DNA of 58,417 nucleotides, counting the filler, from Bipalium vagum (taxonomy: Eukaryota): the NCBI GenBank assembly GCA_037834085.1. It is 3 parts of 3 records of this genome, joined end to end, with 100 filler letters (N's around TTAATTAATTAA, not from the genome) between each part and the next. Parts side by side here need not be neighbours in the genome. Positions count along the whole stretch, not along the records: positions 41,456 to 58,417 come from JBBMKC010084427.1; 2 more parts are not named here. One strand, given 5' to 3'. Position numbers and translations under genes: made by a program. Positions 53,672 to 58,417 of the stretch are shown here, in pieces (position 1 is the first letter of the stretch; the number at the start of each line of letters is the position of its first letter). The notes under the pieces were generated by a model, which saw nothing but the letters and a program-made list of their open reading frames with translations, was not told where the DNA came from and did not search any database.

Positions 53672-54579
53672 AATTTGATGAAAATGTGTAATTAGTCTGT
53701 AAACATTTCTTTCTGGTGATAATGACAATTATACAACTATTAAAGAAATATATTTGATTTTGCTGTTTATTTTACTTTTTTCAAATCTTTATAAAAAAAT
53801 TAATTTTATAAGTACCAACTACTGTCATAGACTGAAACACAGGAAAGATCTCTTTTAAGGAAAGTTGTAAATTATGAAATAATAACTAATAATAACTAAT
53901 TCCAGTAAGGATTCATATCCAATATTTAAGCAGAAAACTATTCTATGTCAGATTTTACCCTGCTCAGCAAAATAGAAAATATTATTGGAACCTTCTCCTG
54001 ATGAGTGTTCAAAACTTCAGAATAATGAATAGGTTATAATTTATGATCTATGATTGGCGAATAACTTGAAAATTATGAGATTCTCGTTTAGTCAAAATAA
54101 ATTGAAATTTAGTATCTGTATTATTGATTGCGAGTAATATTTTTTAACAGATTCAGATTTTAGCACATAATTTGATTTAATTTAATTAAAAATAAATAGA
54201 TTCATAAAAGAAGTTAATTTTTAATATTATTATACTATTAGCTGCGACTTCAACAAAATCAGACATATTTTTAGTTTTTATTGATTGATGAAAAATAATG
54301 TTTAAATAAATTTTATAAGCTCAATAAATTAATTTAATGTACCTTTATTGTAATAATTTTAGTATGTAATAAATTTTAAAATTAAATATATTTTACAATT
54401 TTAAAAAAATTTTAAATATCGAGCACATTATAAAAATTTTTAAATTCTAAAACATGTTTAACGACTCACATCCGTCTATCAAGTTTTTAATTTTTTCCTA
54501 AAAGTAAATATTTTCTCTCATGAATTTTTCTTTTAACTGTGTAAGATCCTTTGTATCTTTCTTTATCTTTACTTCTGCC

Positions 54580-55209
54580 TTCGACTTATACGATCCAGGC
54601 TAAGAATATATCTAATATGGATGAATTATCAATGTCTTTTGATATTCTTGAGTTATTTTACTAGGAAATCATTATTGGTTTTTGATTCAATGTCCACATG
54701 TCGTCTTGAATCTATTTACAAGTTGTTAAACTGTTTTGGTACTCACGTTGCCATCGTATTGACTGGATTAACTTCAAAACTACAGCCTCTTGATATTACT
54801 GTTAATTTTCCATTTAAATCATTTGTTAGGAATGAATGGATAAAAAGTGGTGAGTTCACGTTTAATAAATCTGAAAACAAAGAAAAACATCTTATGCAGA
54901 TGGATTATCAAAGTTTCATTATTTCTGAAGATTTAGAAAACCTTGAAGAAAGTTTTACATAAATGAATAGAACCTGATTGTTGAAAAATATTTCCCTTTG
55001 TTCGATGAGGAACTTGATTTTGATGGTTTTTCATCGGCAGGTAAATATACATTTGAAATTTAGTTATTCGTTATTTAATATTTATTAAATTAAAATTATC
55101 GAATTTAAAAAAATGAAATTTATATTACTGGAACTCGTAAATAACCCGCGGATCTGGCGAAAAATTATATATTTTTACGTAGCCGTGGGTTATACATGCG
55201 AAAATAAGG
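54580..55209 (+). mobile_element. pogo-family (DDE_1) 3' remnant with right TIR
   Basis: KSLLVFDSM...LTGLTSKLQPLDITVNFPFKSFVRNEW, acidic end DEELDFDGF, TIR ...GTGGGTTATACATGCGAAAATAAGG-TA. Confidence 0.87.
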
Positions 55210-56884
55210 TATAGTGTCTAATACTTCTTTAATCCACCCTTTTAAATTCAAATGAAACTGAATAAAATAAATCAATAAAAAATATTTATCTAGTAAAACA
55301 TTGGCTAACTATATCTTTAACTTGTTTAGAGGTTATGTTAATAAATTTTGACTCAAATGATTTTAAAACAAATGAAGAAAAAACGAAAATGATTATTACT
55401 AGGTCGGCTATTATTAGTTGTACTTTGTTGCTCCAAAATACGAAAAATAAATCAATGTCATTTTAAGTTCCAAAATCCAAAATTCATTTATTTTTAAAAT
55501 ATTTTCAAAATATTATTTATTTTAAGTGTCATCTAAAAAATTTTTCTAAGAATTTTTTTGTTTAAAAGAAAAGCTCTTTAAGTATTGTACTTTTGCTAAC
55601 TTTCATATTTGACTTAATTTCTAAATATCAAAGCAAATATCGGAAAACAACTGATCAACATAAATATAAGTAGTCTATTTCATCCCCTACGGCAAACTCA
55701 GTTTGATAAAACATCGAAAATTACAGACTTTATAAGTTCTATTCTCCGTTTCCATTAAAGTGCCCCATCATGAAAGTTCGTCATTCGATTAATCGTTTTC
55801 TCAGGCCCAACGTTCAAAGACAATTAATATAAAATGTTCAACAATTTACCGCTTCAGATGTACAGAAAAGCAAACCACTAATATGATGCTGTTACTTCAT
55901 TCAGAGATGGTGAATTGATCACTTAGAGCCCAATAAATAGTTATGGATGATTCGGCATTGATCGATCAGCTCTATCCAGTTTTATTGCATCAAGCAGGGC
56001 TACTGTGAAAATACAAATGAGATTGAAATGAGATTGGCATGACTCCAGTCGACGACGAGAGAGTCGAGAGGAGACAAGTTGAAATTTAATTACACTCCTT
56101 AGTAAACATAATCCCAAATTTTTCTGATTTACCCATTTCTTTCTCAATCTGTTGAGATATTGTTGGTATTTTGTTAATATTTAATTGCCTTAATCTTACT
56201 TTAACAACGGCAATCGTGTATCTGTAAGCCACGTTCCACTGCTTTTCTCTGATCTTGAAATCATTAATTAACTCAAATATTTCTTAGATAATTTCAATTT
56301 ACTTAAAAAGTATTTATTATTATTATTTATTTATTTGCTGTATCAATAATCAGGCTTCGAAAGAAATAAAAAAAATTTGATTAATTTTAAATTTCTGATT
56401 ACTTTTAATTATTTTTATCAAGTTAATTAATTAAGTTACATCTTAAAATATTAAATGAAAAATTCAAGAAAATTAATTAATTAACTATGATTAAAGACCA
56501 ATGAAAAATTGAAGAAAATACGTAGATAGACAAAAATACATTTTTGCAAAAAATTTAATTATTAAATCACTATTGTATAATTGAGATGAGTTTTTTTTAT
56601 TAATTTTTGATTTTTATTAAGTTCATTTTCCTTTGAAATTAAAATATAACTTTGAAAATTTTAATATTTCTTATTTTATTTACTCTTAATTATTTTAATT
56701 TTTCATCAACACTAAACCTAATATGGAGAGCAAAATAAGAGGACAGAGATATAAGTATAGATTGATTAAATCTGAAATAAAACCTCTCAATGCTGCTCTT
56801 TGAGATTTAAGATTCACCATAATCTATGTGATAAATGGCAAATAGAAATTTCTCACGAAATAAATAAAAATAAATCTTAATATA

Positions 56885-57200
56885 CAGTGTGTCTCAAGAA
56901 ATGTATACACACTTTAAATATAAATCGTTAGATATTATAAGTCCTTATTAGTTATTTTATAGTTTGTTTAAATACTCCAATAACTGGTAAGAAATTACCA
57001 CTTTTTTAAACCTATAAATTTATTCGTAAAAGTTGAATCATGAAAGGTAGGTTGAACTTTGAGCAACTTTTTATATCTCAATATACATGCTCAAAATACA
57101 ATTGTATTAAAACAAGAGATAGCGATCTTTTTGTTTCTTAATGGTGAAAGAGAACTTCTCAACCAAACAGTTCTGCCCATTAAACTATAGCATATTTTAT
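56885..57200 (+). mobile_element. Tc1-like left terminus and 5' relic
   Basis: TA-CAGTGTGTCTCAAGAAATGTATACAC TIR-like start followed by MKGRLNFEQ-type N-terminus; right boundary approximate. Confidence 0.5.
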
Positions 57201-58341
57201 ATAACTATATCATATTTTTAAAAAAATTTCGCTTTTATTATCAAATTCAACTATGAAACATGTATACATAAAACCGGAAATATATTAATTATATTATTTT
57301 TTTATTGTGACTTATTTAACGTCTCTATTAATTTTTAAACCTCCATAAAAAAATCAGTAAGTCATAATAATTAGTCGGTATTAAAAATGGAATTATTTCG
57401 ATTAACCAGAAAATAATTATTAATTATGAAATCTCTCTTTTAATTCTAAGAAAGAGAGAAAAATATCAAATATTAAATGCAAAAATAATATTTTCAGAAA
57501 AAAAATATACAAGCGGAATTTTGAAGATGTCCTTATAAAAGTCGCTATAAATCAATTACAAATGATCTGAAGAAAACTCTGGAACTGGAAATATAACAAA
57601 TGAATATTTATACTACTATTTACTTATAAAATAAAATCTTTTTAATCAACTTTTGATCAAAAACTCCGTAGGACCAGATAAAAATTTTTTATGTATACTT
57701 TAGAAAATTTTATAATTAAAATATATAAATGCCATCTTTAAAATTAATTCATAAAAATTTTTAAAGAAAATTATTTTCGAAATTTATTAATTATTATTAA
57801 ATTATTTAATTTTTCAGGAATTTTAAACAAATTAATATAATAAAATTTATGATTAAATTTATTTATTTTTATTCAAAAATAATAATTAATAGGTTAAAAT
57901 CTAGCAATAAATGAATGCAAAAATTACTTTTTCTGTAACTAAGAATAATTAATACTGAATATTTAATGCAATTCTCAGTCGTAAACTCACAAAATAACTT
58001 TAGAATAATGAGAGAATTTGGGGATATTTTCATTAATTATAGAGCAGAATCTTTGAAATTTTGTACAATATCCAAATTACCCTTCCCAAAGAACTAAATT
58101 GATTATATTTTATCTTTTGATCTATCAGAAAATTGTAGATTAATCATTTTCCCTTTATTAAATCAGTAAATGGATAAGTTATAGAGAAATTTTTGAGGAA
58201 AAACCAATTGATTAATTCATAAATAATCATGTAATCTATGATGAGTTTTTAGTATTTTCTCTGACAAATGAGTTTGAGAGATAAAATTAAAATAGTTAAG
58301 TCGATCAGTTTTCTTTAATATTAACTTTGTAGAATATACTA

Positions 58342-58417
58342 TAATATAAAATAATATAATATAATATAATATAATATAATATAATATAATATAATATAAT
58401 ATAATATAATATAATAT
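58342..58417. repeat. (ATAAT)n pentanucleotide microsatellite
   Basis: Direct reading to the window end. Confidence 0.95.

Noticed and set aside
53995-54030. CTGATGAG hammerhead-core-like motif (also CTGATGAGAAGCCGAAA at ~42150)
   Set aside because: The first has no stem II or GAAA; the second lies within mariner coding sequence and lacks stems
1-58417. CRISPR arrays, rRNA, intact tRNA, operons
   Set aside because: No regularly spaced repeat-spacer structure or rRNA motifs; the DNA is intron-rich eukaryotic sequence

Overview
Very AT-rich eukaryotic (metazoan) genomic DNA. Composition, intron sizes and mariner load suggest a triclad flatworm (planarian-like), but this is inference. Two + strand receptor gene fragments can be reconstructed from splice sites. 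(1) The 5' part of a discoidin-domain-receptor (DDR)-like gene, absent from the ORF track: signal-peptide exon 24670-24718 and F5/8-type-C domain exons 30028-30133, 35907-36063 and 38170-38259, all phase-compatible. It is followed by a candidate 15-nt in-frame microexon (38837-38851) flanked by a UGC/polypyrimidine tract and a TGCATG cluster. (2) The 3' part of a group I-like metabotropic glutamate receptor: 7TM exon 46439-47324 and terminal exon 53065-53671, with two candidate alternative C-tail exons in the last intron. The two fragments are separated by an artificial 100-nt assembly linker (N44-TTAATTAATTAA-N44), so their adjacency is unproven. The rest is mostly decayed Tc1/mariner/pogo transposons, MITEs, one tRNA-derived fragment and microsatellites. 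A GC-rich intronic segment (51403-51755) has hairpins that fold better on the minus strand. No prokaryote-type system (CRISPR etc.) is present.
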